DNA of 55,145 bases from Emiliania huxleyi CCMP1516 (lineage: Eukaryota): positions 310,001 through 365,145 of the forward strand of contig NW_005202428.1 in the NCBI RefSeq assembly GCF_000372725.1, read 5' to 3'. Below are positions 1 through 29,572 of this stretch, in pieces (within the stretch, counting starts at the first letter, position 1; the number at the start of each line of letters is the position of its first letter). The notes below the pieces were generated by a model, which made no database searches, was not told where the DNA came from, and saw only the letters and a program-made list of their open reading frames with translations. A program made the position numbers and the translations under genes.

Positions 1-1161
1 GATTTGTTTGGTATTGCTAAAAATCCTCCTTTTATAGAGAAGACGTCTGCAACAAAACGCGAAAAAAAGGGTACTATTAACAACGAAGGCGCTCTCAAAA
101 AAAAAGGCAAAAAACGCTCGCTATCAGAAGTCGTCCTTGAGCGCCTCACACAGACTCGGTCGCATTGCAACCACCGTGGCGCCTGCTCGAAAACCGGGCC
201 TACCACCGCTCTCTCTGCCTACCACCGCTCGAAACCCACCCTCTCTCTGCCTACCACAGCTGTGATCACTCGTCAATACTGACCCGCTCGTCAAATACAC
301 ACCGCGCTCTCGTCTCTCGCCATGTTCCGTCGGTCGAGCCAGCTCTCGCGCTTCGCCCGTCCGGCCTCACGGCAACTGCTGTCACAGCCAGTCCCACCGT
401 CGCCGTGGCAGCACACTGGGCAGACCACTGACCGTCATACCTGGCTACTACCCAACTTCTTCCTCTGCCTCATGTGCGGCGTCCACGCGTACCGCCATTA
501 CTCCCGTGGCAAGACGGTGCCGGCAGCGGCCGTTCACCACCTTCTGCGAGTTTGCGTGATGGAGCTCCATGAGCGGCACCATCACGGGCACTCGCGCTGG
601 CACAACATCCAAGCGAGTCTGTTGCAGTGAGCATGAAGGTAGAAAGGCGGGTGAGCATGAGTGATGAGACCGGCCGTCTCGAGTGTGTCTGGACAGGAAC
701 TGTGTCATTGCGTGCTCTCTCGTGTCACGGGATTCAAGCAAAAAAGATAACTGACTCGATGTCTTGTGTCTCCTTTTACCAGGGTGACGGGGTCCCGGGA
801 ACCAACTTGAGCAACTAACTACGAGACCCAGCGCTGTGCGGTCACCGGGGTGGCGGTCAAGCTCGCGACGGGGTAAATCTGGTGCGTCTAGTATCACTGG
901 TGGGCTGGGTGTGCAGCAGCAGCGCTCAAAAAGAGGCAAAAAGCTCGACAACTGTTTTGAGTGTCAGCTTTCTCGACGCACCGTCCTCGACCCCGCCGAA
1001 AAGCTGGCTGGTGGTCGCGCGCGGCGCGTCGGCGCGGCTCCTCAAACTGGTCGGGCACCTCGGCTGGGTCCATCAGCACGAGGCCAGCCCCGTCGGGCAG
1101 CCCCGCGAGCGCATGAAGCCCCTCCGAGAGGCGCTGACATATTCGAACGCAAGTCATCTAT

Positions 1162-3369
1162 CTAGACCGGACGCGGAACCATCCACATCATCACTGGCTC
1201 GCGGCAGTAAGGGCACTCTTGCATCAGCTCAGAGCATGGCCCGCAAGCACACAAGTGCCCGCACGGAACCGCAGCATGCGACTTGGCTCTCGCGAAACAC
1301 ACGATACACGTGGTCTCTCCCCCCATCGTGGACTCGGGGGCAGCCGGCCGCCCCGTGTCGAGGCCGGCGTCGGCTAGTGAGACGGCAGCAAACGGCTCGG
1401 TGACTGGCAGATGCTGCTCCGCCGCCTCTCCCGCCTCTGGCTCGATCAAGCGCTCGATGGCGCCGACCCGCTCCTCGAGGCTGCCCTCGGTCGCCGCGCC
1501 GAGGCTCGCCTCCAGCCGCTCGACACGCAGCGGCAAGTCCCCGCCTCCGCCGGTCGACTCGCTGCTCACCGCCTCCTCGCACCGCGACACCCGACGCGCC
1601 AGCGCCTCCTCCGCATCCACCTCTGACCGGCGCAGCGCCTCTGCCAGCTCTGCATTCTTGCGCAGCGCCGCCTGCTCTGCCGCATCCGCTCGCTCTGCTG
1701 CCTCGCGCTCCGCCCGCCTCGCCGCCTCCTGCTCAGCAGCCAGCCGCGCCGCCCTCTCCTCCTGTGCGCGAACCTCTGCCGCAGCCTTCGCCCTCCGCTC
1801 CTCCTCGAGCGCGAAAGCAGACGGCGCCTTCTTGGCCTTATTGTTCTTCGCCTTGGCCTCCTTCTTGGCCGCCGTTGCCTCCGCCGCCTTTGCGCGCCGC
1901 CTCGCCTTCTCCTCCTCAGCCCTCCTGTCCGCAGCCTCCTTCTCGCGCCGCGCCGCCTCTGCCTGAGCGGCTTTGCGCGCCGCCGCGGCCGCCCGCTGCT
2001 CCTCTCGCTGCGCCTCCTCCGCCGCAAGCCTCTCCGCCTCCCTTGCCCGCAGCGTCTCCTCCGCTGCCGCGCGCTCAGCGGCCAGCTTCGCCGCCGCCTC
2101 CGCCGCAATGGCTCGCCTCTGCTCCTCCAGCGCCGCCGCGTCCGCAGCCCGGCGCGCCTCGTCCGCCGCTCTCTCCGCTTCGCGCTGCCGTGCCGCCTGC
2201 TCGCGCTCTCGCGCCGCCGCCGCCGCCTCCCGCTCGCGCTGCTCGCGCCGCCCCTTGGCCTCTAGCGCCTTCTCGACCGCCTTCTCGGCCGCCTCCGCCG
2301 CCCTCAGCGCCGCTGCGTGCTCTGTGAGAGCGCGCACGCACCCGGTGTGGTCCGTTTCAGGAGCACTGGCGGCGTCGGCAGTAGCTAGCACCTCGGCCGC
2401 CTCCTCCTTGGCGAGCTGCAGCGCGGACCTGCCGTCTGCAGAGCGAGCCTTTGTATCCGCGCCAGCCCGAAGCAAGCGCCGTACGACGGCGGGGTGGCCG
2501 CTATAGGCGGCGAGCATCAGCGCGGTGCCACCGTCGCTCCTCTGCAGGTTGATCTCAGCGCCGTGCCGTATCAGCAAGTCGACCACCCGCTCGTGGCCGT
2601 GGCTGGCGGCGAGCATCAGCGCGGTGGCGCCGTTGCTGCCCTGCAGGTTGATCTCAGCGCCGTGCCGAATCAGCAGCTCGACCACCCGCTCGCGGCCTTC
2701 CTGGGCGGCGGCCACCAGCGCGGTGTCGCCTTTGCTGTCCTGCAGGTTGATCTCAGCGCCGTGCCCCAGCATCAACTCGACCACCCGCTCGTGGCCTTGG
2801 AGGGCGGCAGCCATCAGCGCGGTCCAGCCGTTGCTCCTCTGCAGGTTGACCTTCGCCCCGTGCCGTATCAGCAAGTCGACCACCCGCTCGCGGCCGCTGT
2901 GGGCGGCGAGCATCAGGGCGGTCCAGCCGTCGCTGTTCTGCGGATTGATCTCAGCACCGTGCCGTATCAGCAGGTCGACCACCCGCTCGTGGCCGTTGTC
3001 AGCGGCGCGCATCAGCGCGGTGGCGCCGATGCTGTCCTGCAGGTTGACCTCAGCGCCGCGCTGCAGCAGCAGCTCAACCACCCGCTCGTGATTTTGGAGG
3101 GCGGCGCACATCAGCGCGGTGCCACCGTCGCTGCTCTGCAGATTGATCTCAGCGCCGTGCTGCAGCAGCAACTCGACCACCCGCTTGTGGCCGTGGAGGG
3201 CGGCGCGCATCAGCAGCGTGAGGCCGCTCGACTTGCCTCTCTCGTACGTCGCGTCGGCCCGCCCGCCGCCCTCGAGCCACGCCAGCACCGCCTCCTCTTC
3301 GCCACGCTCCGCCGCCAGCACGGCCGCGTCGGAGCAGCTCAGGGATCCTGCGCCGCTGCCAAGCTCCAT
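1162..3369 (-). CDS. Ankyrin-repeat protein with Ala/Glu/Arg-rich coiled coil and C-terminal C3HC4 RING (putative E3 ligase), intronless
   Basis: Eight 33-aa ANK repeats (GxTALMxAAxxGHERVVDLLIRHGAEINLQ), a long AAEE/RE helix, then CIVC..AVPCGHLCACGPC...CPYCR. Start taken as ATG 3369 (MELGSG); ATG 3396 is also in frame. Confidence 0.9.
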   Translation of the reverse strand: MELGSGAGSLSCSDAAVLAAERGEEEAVLAWLEGGGRADATYERGKSSGLTLLMRAALHGHKRVVELLLQHGAEINLQSSDGGTALMCAALQNHERVVELLLQRGAEVNLQDSIGATALMRAADNGHERVVDLLIRHGAEINPQNSDGWTALMLAAHSGRERVVDLLIRHGAKVNLQRSNGWTALMAAALQGHERVVELMLGHGAEINLQDSKGDTALVAAAQEGRERVVELLIRHGAEINLQGSNGATALMLAASHGHERVVDLLIRHGAEINLQRSDGGTALMLAAYSGHPAVVRRLLRAGADTKARSADGRSALQLAKEEAAEVLATADAASAPETDHTGCVRALTEHAAALRAAEAAEKAVEKALEAKGRREQREREAAAAAREREQAARQREAERAADEARRAADAAALEEQRRAIAAEAAAKLAAERAAAEETLRAREAERLAAEEAQREEQRAAAAARKAAQAEAARREKEAADRRAEEEKARRRAKAAEATAAKKEAKAKNNKAKKAPSAFALEEERRAKAAAEVRAQEERAARLAAEQEAARRAEREAAERADAAEQAALRKNAELAEALRRSEVDAEEALARRVSRCEEAVSSESTGGGGDLPLRVERLEASLGAATEGSLEERVGAIERLIEPEAGEAAEQHLPVTEPFAAVSLADAGLDTGRPAAPESTMGGETTCIVCFARAKSHAAVPCGHLCACGPCSELMQECPYCREPVMMWMVPRPV

Positions 3370-3734
3370 GCCCCAAACATGTGGAACACTCACCATGTTT
3401 CCGCGCCCCCCCCCGCAAGGCCGCGCGATACACATGTTTGGGTTCCGGCTCTTTGGGGGTAGAGTAGCACGAACGTCGAGCCTCGTAGGCAGCCGGGGTC
3501 TCGAATCAGGGTCGTACAAAAGGTATAAGGTGCAACAAGCGCGCGTGCACCCCCCCCCCTCGAAGGGCGGAATTTTCTTTTTTAAAAATATCCCCCTCCG
3601 CACTTGCTGCCAGCAGCACAACCCCGAAGGCAGGACGCGCATCCTCAGTTGCCTCTCTGGTGACGGGTGTCGCGACAAGGCGGAGTAAGAGAAGAAGCTC
3701 AAAACCCCGTGCATCCAGATCACCCGATATTGAC

Positions 3735-4448
3735 ATGTATGTGTTCGCTATCGCTCTCGCCGTCTCAGGCTCGTCTCGACCGACGATTCGATCGCTTCGC
3801 ACATTGCGAGGTTGGCACTGGGAAGACATCGCGACTCATCTCTCCGGCATCCGAGCGCTCCAACGCGCCAACCATCCGTCGCGGCCAACGGTGCTAGAGG
3901 GAGAGGGCTTCGTGACGCTCGAGCATTCCTTGGATATGCTGAAGGAGCTCACGATGCTCGCTCCTCAGTTTGTCGCCCTCTCTCCGCTAGACGGGTCGGT
4001 GATAGGGTACACTCTCACGATTGATCCCCGGGCCCTCCGTGCTGGCCTAGCCAGCGAGGGTCTCCACGCCTGCTACGAGCCCTTCTTCTCTATGATTGAG
4101 AGGCTGGAGTGGGAGGGCGCCGCGCTGGATGACTCGCGCTGGGTCATGGGTGGACAGTGCTGCGTGGCGGCCGGCTGGCGGCGGCAAGGCCTAATGCGCC
4201 GCCTCTACGACGCGCAGGCTCAGGCTCTCGCCTTGGAAGATGAGCGTCTGCTGCTTTCTGGGACCCCGCTCACGTCGGCGTCTGCCGTGGTCACGGCGAT
4301 TGACACGGCCAATGTGCCTTCGGCGCGAGCACACGAGAGAGCTGGTTTTGTGGAGATTGGCCGCTACAGCTACGCGGAGCGGCCCTCCCTGTCGAGTGGC
4401 GGTGGAGACGTAGATGGGTGGTCGATTGTGCTCCGCCCCACGGGCTGA
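3735..4448 (+). CDS. GNAT-family N-acetyltransferase with possible N-terminal signal peptide
   Basis: Acetyl-CoA motif A QCCVAAGWRRQGLMRRLY and motif B IDTANVPSARAHERAGF; hydrophobic N-terminus MYVFAIALAVSG; no introns. Confidence 0.8.
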   Translation: MYVFAIALAVSGSSRPTIRSLRTLRGWHWEDIATHLSGIRALQRANHPSRPTVLEGEGFVTLEHSLDMLKELTMLAPQFVALSPLDGSVIGYTLTIDPRALRAGLASEGLHACYEPFFSMIERLEWEGAALDDSRWVMGGQCCVAAGWRRQGLMRRLYDAQAQALALEDERLLLSGTPLTSASAVVTAIDTANVPSARAHERAGFVEIGRYSYAERPSLSSGGGDVDGWSIVLRPTG

Positions 4449-4560
4449 GAGCTCAGTGGCTGCTGGCCCTCTGCAGGCTAGACGGCCTGCAACGGAAGTG
4501 AGAATGAAGAACGCTTGGTGTGTGTCGTGATGATTTTCTACGGGGGGGGGGGGGGGGGGT

Positions 4561-5636
4561 GCGTCTAGACAGCAGAACTAAGAGAACTTGAGAACTTGAA
4601 GTTTGAACTTGTAGTTTTGTCTTGACAGCTGTCTAGACAGCTGTCTAGACAGCTGTCTAGACAGGCCCTCTTCACAGAAGGGTTCCCCCAAAAGTGCCCG
4701 CGAAGAGTCATAGCAGCAACGGTGGCGGCAACTGTGGGGGGCAACGCCGACGTCGCAACGATGCTGCGGAAAGGGCAGAGCAAGCGTGGGCACGCATTGG
4801 TCGGGTTCCATGCTGCAGCCGCGAGCCCCGCGCCGCCGATGAAGAAGCTGCGGGCCGGCAGTAGCCACGCCGACCCGCCGCTGCGCATTGGGCAAAGCGC
4901 GAGCCCAGCAGTTCAGTCAGGCACGCACGCTGCACCCACGACGGCGGCCTCGGGGCGCGCGCGAACGAACGCGCTTGCGCCGCCGCCACGCCGTCCTTTC
5001 CCATCGCCGCCGGACCGCCCTCCCTCCTCCGCGACAGACGCCGCAAACACGGCGCTTCTCGCCGCCCAAGCAACAGCAGCAACAGTGGCAGCGAATCTTC
5101 GCGTCGCTGGTGCACGCGGTGCGGACTCGCCGCAGTCTGGCGGGCGCTCGTCTCGCCCGGACCAGGCGGCCGAGCAGGCTGTGATCGCGGCCGAGGCGGA
5201 TGGGCTCGGGCGGGTGCTGCCTGGCGGCGCGCCGGCAAAGGAGCCTGCCGAGGCGGGGGCGATCGGCGAGGCGGCGGTGCTCGTACCTGCAGTTATGTGG
5301 ATCGTCCTTCACCAGTGCATAGAGCGGAGGGCAAAACTAAAGGGAGGGATGGTGCTTCCGTCGGTTTCCATTGAGAAAGATGTTTTGTCCACATACGTCA
5401 AACGTCATACCACATCCATCCACGCCAACCAAGAGAATGCAACTCAAGTTTTGATCGCTCACATTTGGCTGACGTGTTGTTGAGTATCAGAGTATGATTC
5501 CTGTCTGCAGGTCTATTCACACCTCACGCGATCTTCCATGTCCAGACAGCGTCCAGACAGCGTCCAGACAGCGTCCAGACAGTGTCCAGAGCTCCAGACA
5601 GCGTCCAGACAGCAAAATCGGAGCGTCTAGACAGCT
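4561..5636. repeat. ~1.1 kb segment bounded by arrays of GTCTAGACAGC/GTCCAGACAGC; possible DNA-transposon relic
   Basis: Tandem palindrome CTGTCTAGACAG x3 at about 4629-4664; 11-bp GTCCAGACAGC units at 5540-5613; GCGTCTAGACAGC at both 4561 and about 5623. Confidence 0.45.
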
Positions 5637-5761
5637 ATTCAGACAGTACTAGCACTTGAGTGTCACAGCTGATTGAAGTAAAGGGGGATGATGCAGCTGC
5701 CTGCCAGAGCAGAAAGATTCCTGAATTCTCTCCACTACAAAAAAAGTCCAGTGCGGAACCG

Positions 5762-6233
5762 AGATAAGGTAAGGTAAGGTAAGGTAAACGTCTCCACACA
5801 CACAAAGTGGTGGGGCAAGGGGGGGCGACCCTCGCATCTCCACGCCCGGGACACGGGCAGGAGCCCCACGGCATTCAAAGTGCAAGCACCGGCCCGGTGC
5901 CGTGGGTGAGCAACCTGCACCCCACTCCTACTCCTATAACACAACCCCCACAGCGTGGTCGTCTACGTGTTCAGAAACACCAGCGAGGCGAGGGTGAAGG
6001 GGTAAGGGGCTGTGTGGGGCTATCTGTGACCATCTAGCCTGGGGGGTAGCAGGAGGGGGGGGCAGAGGGTAAGATATGGGTGAGGCCAGCTACAAGTCGG
6101 ACGCCCTCCCGTCGTCGGAATAATCCTCGGAGCGGTCAGCGTCCTCGTCGTCGTCCTCGGTCTGCATCGCGTCGCCAGCCGTGAACCTGAACACGGCGTC
6201 GGCCGGCGCCGAGGCGCCGGCGGCCGTCATCAG
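5762..6233 (-). mobile_element. 5'-truncated non-LTR retroelement 3' end with (ACCTT)n tail; longest copy of SINE-like family A
   Basis: Minus strand reads ORF end ...MQTEDDDEDADRSEDYSDDGRASDL*, then a UTR, a CCCACGGCA...TGCCGTGGG stem-loop and an (ACCTT)n tail. The last ~150 bp recur at 8935, 36408 and 53410. Confidence 0.6.
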
Positions 6234-6590
6234 GTGCATGACTATGCGGTCGCGGTATGCCGCATCGATCTCTCCGTGCTCGGCCAGCTCGAGATCATGG
6301 CCCCGAATGCCGTGTGCTCTCTAGGTAATGTGTGGGAGCTCCACAAACCAGGTTATTTTTTTTCCGCTCTCTCTCGTTCCTTTCATCTTCGATATCGCGC
6401 TCTTTTCACCAGGCGTGTGTGAGTGCCGCCCGTGTCCGCCACACTCCACACAATATCAAAAACGACGTCCAGCTCTCGTCGCCCCGCTCCAGCCCTCGCC
6501 GTCAAGGACACGCTAGCCAAGAGCGCTCCCACTCGGACTCCGGCGTGGCGTCGAGTTGAGATCGCACGCTCCGCAACCTCACGTGCCCTC

Positions 6591-11169
<4,579 letters not shown>

Positions 11170-11247
11170 TATCAACGCGCTCAGAGCTAGCGACTGGGTT
11201 CGGGCTCCGAGATGTGAGGGTTACGCATAGGGTCCTCAATCAACGGT

Positions 11248-12179
11248 ATGGCGGGTGGAGTGCTCCCTATGCCGCGGCGCCCCTGTCGGTTCGGAGACGC
11301 CCGGCGGCCGCGCGCTTGGTGCCGACGTCGACCAGCTGCTCTCGCGGCGCCGAGGCGTGCCGCTTCGGTCACGTCACGCGCGCTGCGAGGTGTCTTTTGG
11401 CATGTGCGCGCTTGGCATAGACGCCAGGAAGCTCGCCTTCCTTGCCTGCGGCCGCGGGCGTGCAGGCGGGCACGCCAGACACGCGGCGGATCAAGCTGAC
11501 CAAGCGCGCGCCCCTAGACGCTGAATACGGATTCATGTACCCCAACCAGCGCCCGAGAGGGCACGCACTCCACTGTATTCGGCTGCAGTCCGCTGTATTC
11601 TCACTGTACTCCCATCCGTTGTCTTCGCGCGGTGCTCTGAATACGCTGCACAAGACCGTCTTCCCGCCCTCATGCCGGCGTATTCACACGCGTAGGCGCG
11701 GGACGGTGCGCACGATGAGCAAGCGCGAGGTGGGCGCCGTTAATTAGTTAATTAATTAGTTAATTAGTTAATTAATTAGCAAGCGCGAGGTGGGCGGCGT
11801 ATGGGCGGCGTAGCGGAGAGGCGGGCCGAGAGGCGGCGGTGGGGGAGGGGCAGCCGAGAGGCAGCCGAGAGGCAGCCGAGAGGCAGCCGAGAGGCAGCCG
11901 AGAGGCAGCCGAGAGGCAGCCGAGAGGCAGCCGAGAGGCAGCCGAGAGGCAGCCGAGAGGCAGCCGAGAGGCAGCCGAGAGGCAGCCAAGAGGCAGCCGA
12001 GAGGCGGTGGCCAGGGAGGACGGCGAGGAGGTTGGGCGGCGCGGGCGTCTCTTCACACCGTCTCTTCACACCGTCTCTTCACACCGTCTCTTCACACCGC
12101 TCTTCAGACCGCCTCTTCACGCCGTCTCTTCACACCGCAGGCGGCAGAGGAGGACCGGCTGATGGCGACGCTGAGGTGA
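11248..12179 (+). CDS. Small multi-exon hypothetical gene
   Basis: GC/GT-AG junctions give ...AGTPDTRRIKLTK|RGTVRTMSKRE|... and a final exon AAEEDRLMATLR*. Introns carry (TTAATTAG)n, (GCAGCCGAGAG)n and (CCGTCTCTTCACA)n. No family recognised. Confidence 0.35.
11522..11686 (+). mobile_element. ~165 bp MITE-like element, intronic; diverged relative at about 34327-34495
   Basis: 8-bp inverted termini TGAATACG/CGTATTCA; shares CGCGGTGCTCTGAA...CTTCCCGCCCT core with the kinase intron. Confidence 0.45.
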
Positions 12180-12718
12180 CAGTACGGTGGCGATGGACGA
12201 TGCAGCACGCTCGCCCAGAAACAAAATAAATGAATGGTCAAACTCTGAGACGAGATGGGATTCTAAGGGACATGTGCCCTGCACTCGCTCGCCCATGCGA
12301 CCAGCAACAAACTAAAACCTTGGTTCCGCAGCGGTCTCGGGTCTGACAGCTCGTGCGTGGTCCCAGTGTGGCAGAGGGCTGCGTGCGGGTGCACCACGCT
12401 TGTGGCCAAAGCCGAGCGCGTCGACAGAGACGAGAGAGCACAGCACGCGCGACAGAGTCTGCACTGACTGGGTTTGAATAAATTTTGTTCTTTCGGCGAG
12501 GTGCACGTGTCTCTCGCTCGACGGTAGTAAATTAGTTCGTTAGTTCCCCCGTCACCTCAATTCCGACGACGACCCCCCCCCCCCCCGTTAGCGTTACAAA
12601 ATACAATGTCGAGCAGAAGTGCTCATACAGCTTTTTCTGCGTGTGGATCTACCTGCTATCATTCTCTCACGACACACACAGCCACACGTGAAAGCATTCA
12701 ATCATAAAGGTGCGCCCC

Positions 12719-14888
12719 TTATATGGTGACTCGGCCGCTCTCGTTCACACGGCGCACGCCTCGCCCCCACGCGCGCACGAGCGGGTACGACCAGGGAAGC
12801 AAGTCCACCTGCGCCACCGCTATCGCGTGCACCGGCTGCGGCCCGTGCTTCGCCTCGAGTGCATCTAGCAGTGCCGCATGGCCCGCGATACCGATCCGAT
12901 TGAACATGACCTGCACGCGACACCTCTGACCCGCGGCCGGGAGGGCAGCCGCGAGTGCCATCGCGCCCTCGTCGCCCACGTCGCACCGCTCCAAGACCAA
13001 CGCATGCGACGGCTTCCCCGTCGACAGAGCCGCAGCTAGCGCCACGGCCCCCTCGTCGCCAATAGGCGTGGCAACGACGCTGAGCATCTGCAGCGTCGGC
13101 GCCACGCCGCGATGGAACACGCCGCAGAGCGAGCCGACGCCGCGCGCGCCGAAGCGGCTTGCATTAAGGAAGAGAGTCTCAAGCGCCGGGAGCGCGCCGT
13201 CCTCGAGGCCCGCCGCAAGCTCCGCCACGCCCTCGTCGTCGAGGCGTGTCCCAACTAAGCCGAGGGCCCGGAGGCTCTCGCAATGGTTTAGCGCCTCCGC
13301 CAGCAGCGCCGGGCTAGTCCACGCGTCGCCACGCACGAGCGGCAGACCCATGTAGTTGAGCTTCTCGACCGTGCCCAGCACCGCCTTCGCCGTCTTTTCG
13401 TAGAGCGCGAGCACGGCCGCCGAGTCGGCGCCGTTGGTGAAGCGGCAAGCGGCGAGCAGCGTCGCCATGCGCTCCGGAGTCGCGGGGAGCCGCCGCTGAG
13501 CGCCGCCGTGGTCGCTGGCAACGTCGATGACGAGCTTCCACTTGGCAAAGCCCAGCGAGGCGGGCTTTGCGCCTAGCTCTGCGGAGCAGCGCTCGAATGT
13601 CGTCCAGCCGCGAGTGTCGTAGGTCCGGCTCCGGTCAAAGCCGGCGGGCAGCTCGTCCGGCAGCTGCGTGAGTAGCACGACCGTGATCGAGGCGTGCGCG
13701 TACCAGAGGTCCTAACGCGGAATGTAAAGCCAACGTTCTCATGAGAGCGGTGCATGTCGTGGCGCTATCAGGGGCTGGGAAAGGGGCTGGCGTGTGCTCA
13801 CCATCGTGTTCTCCAGCATGCGACCGAAGGCGGCCTTCTCCTCGCCCGACCGGCTCGCCTCATACGCGCGCCGCTGGGCAAACAGCGCCGGGTCCTTCTG
13901 GTAGCCCGAGCTCCAGTCCAGAAACACGCCCTGCGCGAGCCAGGGAGGGAGTGGCTGTGAGGAAGGGAGTAATGGTGGGCATGAGGCGCGGGAGGCAGCT
14001 CACCATGTCCGAGAAGCCGTACTCGCGGCATGCGCCGAGCAGGCCGCGCCCGCCGTAGAGACCCCGCAGCTTGCGGTAGAGCAGCTGGAGCTGGCGGCCC
14101 TCTCGATCCGGATGCGCCGCCTCGAGCCAGCAGTAGGAGACGGAGACGATGGGAAGCAGCCCGTCGGGGTTGCGCTTGCGGCCGAAATAGCTCGCGAGCC
14201 AGGCGAGAAAGGACGAGGGGGAGGGCTCCTTGCTGAAGCGCTCTATGGCCTCCCCAAAGCCGGCGACGTCAAAGCCGCGCCTGGCGCCTTGCTCGATCCG
14301 CCTCAGCTGAGCAGAGCTCAAGAAGGCCTCCTCTGGCAGGTCTTGCCGCCGCGGGAGCACGACGCCCCGCTCTGCCAGCGCCATGAGCCAGTTCAGACTG
14401 ATCAGCCGCACATCTCCCGGCCGGACCTTGTCGCCATCGCCCTCGAGGGCAGCCCAGATGGAGTCGTGCTCGCGGTAGCGGGCGCCGTCAATGGTGTTCG
14501 AGCGCGGCCGCTCGCGAGTGTGAAGGCCGGACTCGGTGCCGGGGGACGTCAGCTGGCGGTAGGGGAGCTGTGAGGCGCGACAGAGGCTGTAGACGGCGAG
14601 GATGAGAGGGTTCCGGAGGAACAGAAGCTCGATCAGAAATGTCGCGAAGAATAAGATGGCGATCGGCAGGTCGACGAAGAGCACCATCGGAATCAGATAC
14701 GGAAGGCGACGCCAGGCGAGGAGGGCGGGAGGCACGCCGACAGCAGCGTCGGAGCTGCAGAGGCCGAGCGCGATAGCTGGCGAGAATACGAGAACGGCGA
14801 CCGGAGAGATCATCAAAAAGAATGCTGGCCAGAGCACGAACCCCACGAGGGACTCAACGCACGAGCGCAGCAGGCGGGCGGCCGTCAT
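12719..14888 (-). CDS. Transmembrane + HET/TIR-like domain + RNI-like LRR protein (3 exons, 668 aa)
   Basis: Exons 14888-14004, 13930-13802 and 13711-12719 with phase-0 GT-AG introns. Motifs VSVSYCW..HPD..GRQL, VFLDWS, MDLWYAH, RGWTTFE; then LRRs LxxLxLxxxxIGDEGAxALA. Confidence 0.8.
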
Positions 14889-15117
14889 GCACAGATTCGA
14901 TACACAGGCAAAATGAGACACGGCGGAAAAAATCTTCGGTGCAGTTTTTTTTCTTTCTTTCCTCAAAGATTCTTACATACATAAGATTCTCGAGCTCCTC
15001 GTTGCTGCCGCACGCACGACAACAATCCATAGAGCCGTATCCAACCTGCGCTCACTCAACAGCACTCACCAGCTGTTGTGAACAAATACAACGCTGAGGG
15101 GTGGCCCGTCTAAGGTG

Positions 15118-15794
15118 CCCGCCACCCATCCATTTTTCTTTGAGGCTGTCGCTCCGAGATATTAAAGCTCGTCTCGCGCAGCTGCGAGAAGGTGTATTCT
15201 GGGCTGCCTCTCACTGCCCGCAGCCGTTCGTCGCGTTCGCCCCCCTTGCGGGTCTTACAGCACACATGGTACAAAAGAGCAGCGCGGCGCGTCTCGCCGC
15301 ACAAACACGCATGGAACGGACAGGACAGGGAGAGACAGAGACACAAGACGCCACGCCAAAGACAGCTGGCATCCCGGGCACATGGTGTGTGAGTCCTCGA
15401 ACTCTGCCGGGGACAGCGTCTGGCATCCGGGCGCGACCTCGCTGGCCAACCCGAGCAGCTCGTCAGCTCGCCGAGCTCGCCGCGGCGACGACGTCCTCCT
15501 CCGCGGACGGCCTTCGCGCCGGCCGTGCCGCCCGCCAGCCGAGCAGGGGCCAGGGCGAAGCGCCGTGGTGGATGGCGACCTCTGAGCGGACCGACGCCTC
15601 GAGCAGCAGGATGGCGATCATCCACGGCAGGCCCTCCTGCCACATCGCAAAGGAGCGCTCGACGGCGTCGCACTGCAGGAGCGCCTGCAACCCGCACCGT
15701 GGAGGGCACTGATGAGTTACTGGTTTAGTAAGCACGGGGGAGCGAACGAGAATGGCTTCAGGCCTGCATCCCGCTCTGCAGGTCGTTGTACTTT
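15118..15794 (-). repeat. Tandem duplicate of the NRPS-like gene's last intron, last exon and 3' UTR
   Basis: Near-identical to 15811-16514 except for a 27-bp in-frame deletion (WMIAIL vs WMTATFVPGPYIAIL). Confidence 0.9.
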
Positions 15795-16155
15795 AGACCA
15801 GCGATCGTCCCCCGCCACCCATCCATTTTTCTTTGAGGCTGTCGCTCCGAGATATTAAAGCTCGTCTCGCGCAGCTGCGAGAAGGTGTATTCTGGGCTGC
15901 CTCTCACTGCCCGCAGCCGTTCGTCGCGTTCGCCCCCCTTGCGGGTCTTACAGCACACATGGTACAAAAGAGCAGCGCGGCGCGTCTCGCCGCACAAACA
16001 CGCATGGAACGGACAGGACAGGGAGAGACAGAGACACAAGACGCCACGCCAAAGACAGCTGGCATCCCGGGCACATGGTGTGTGAGTCCTCGAACTCTGC
16101 CGGGGACAGCGTCTGGCATCCGGGCGCGACCTCGCTGGCCAACCCGAGCAGCTCG

Positions 16156-29572
<13,417 letters not shown>

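Noticed and set aside
1..1161. Short ORFs at the scaffold start
   Set aside because: No recognisable motif; the first ~120 bp look like low-quality read end.
1283..3688. Long + strand ORFs overlapping the ANK-RING gene
   Set aside because: Antisense shadows caused by high GC and few stop codons.
15709..15750. CTGATGAG plus short stem resembling a hammerhead core (also at 16429)
   Set aside because: No CGAAA follows stem II, and it is the antisense of an intron.
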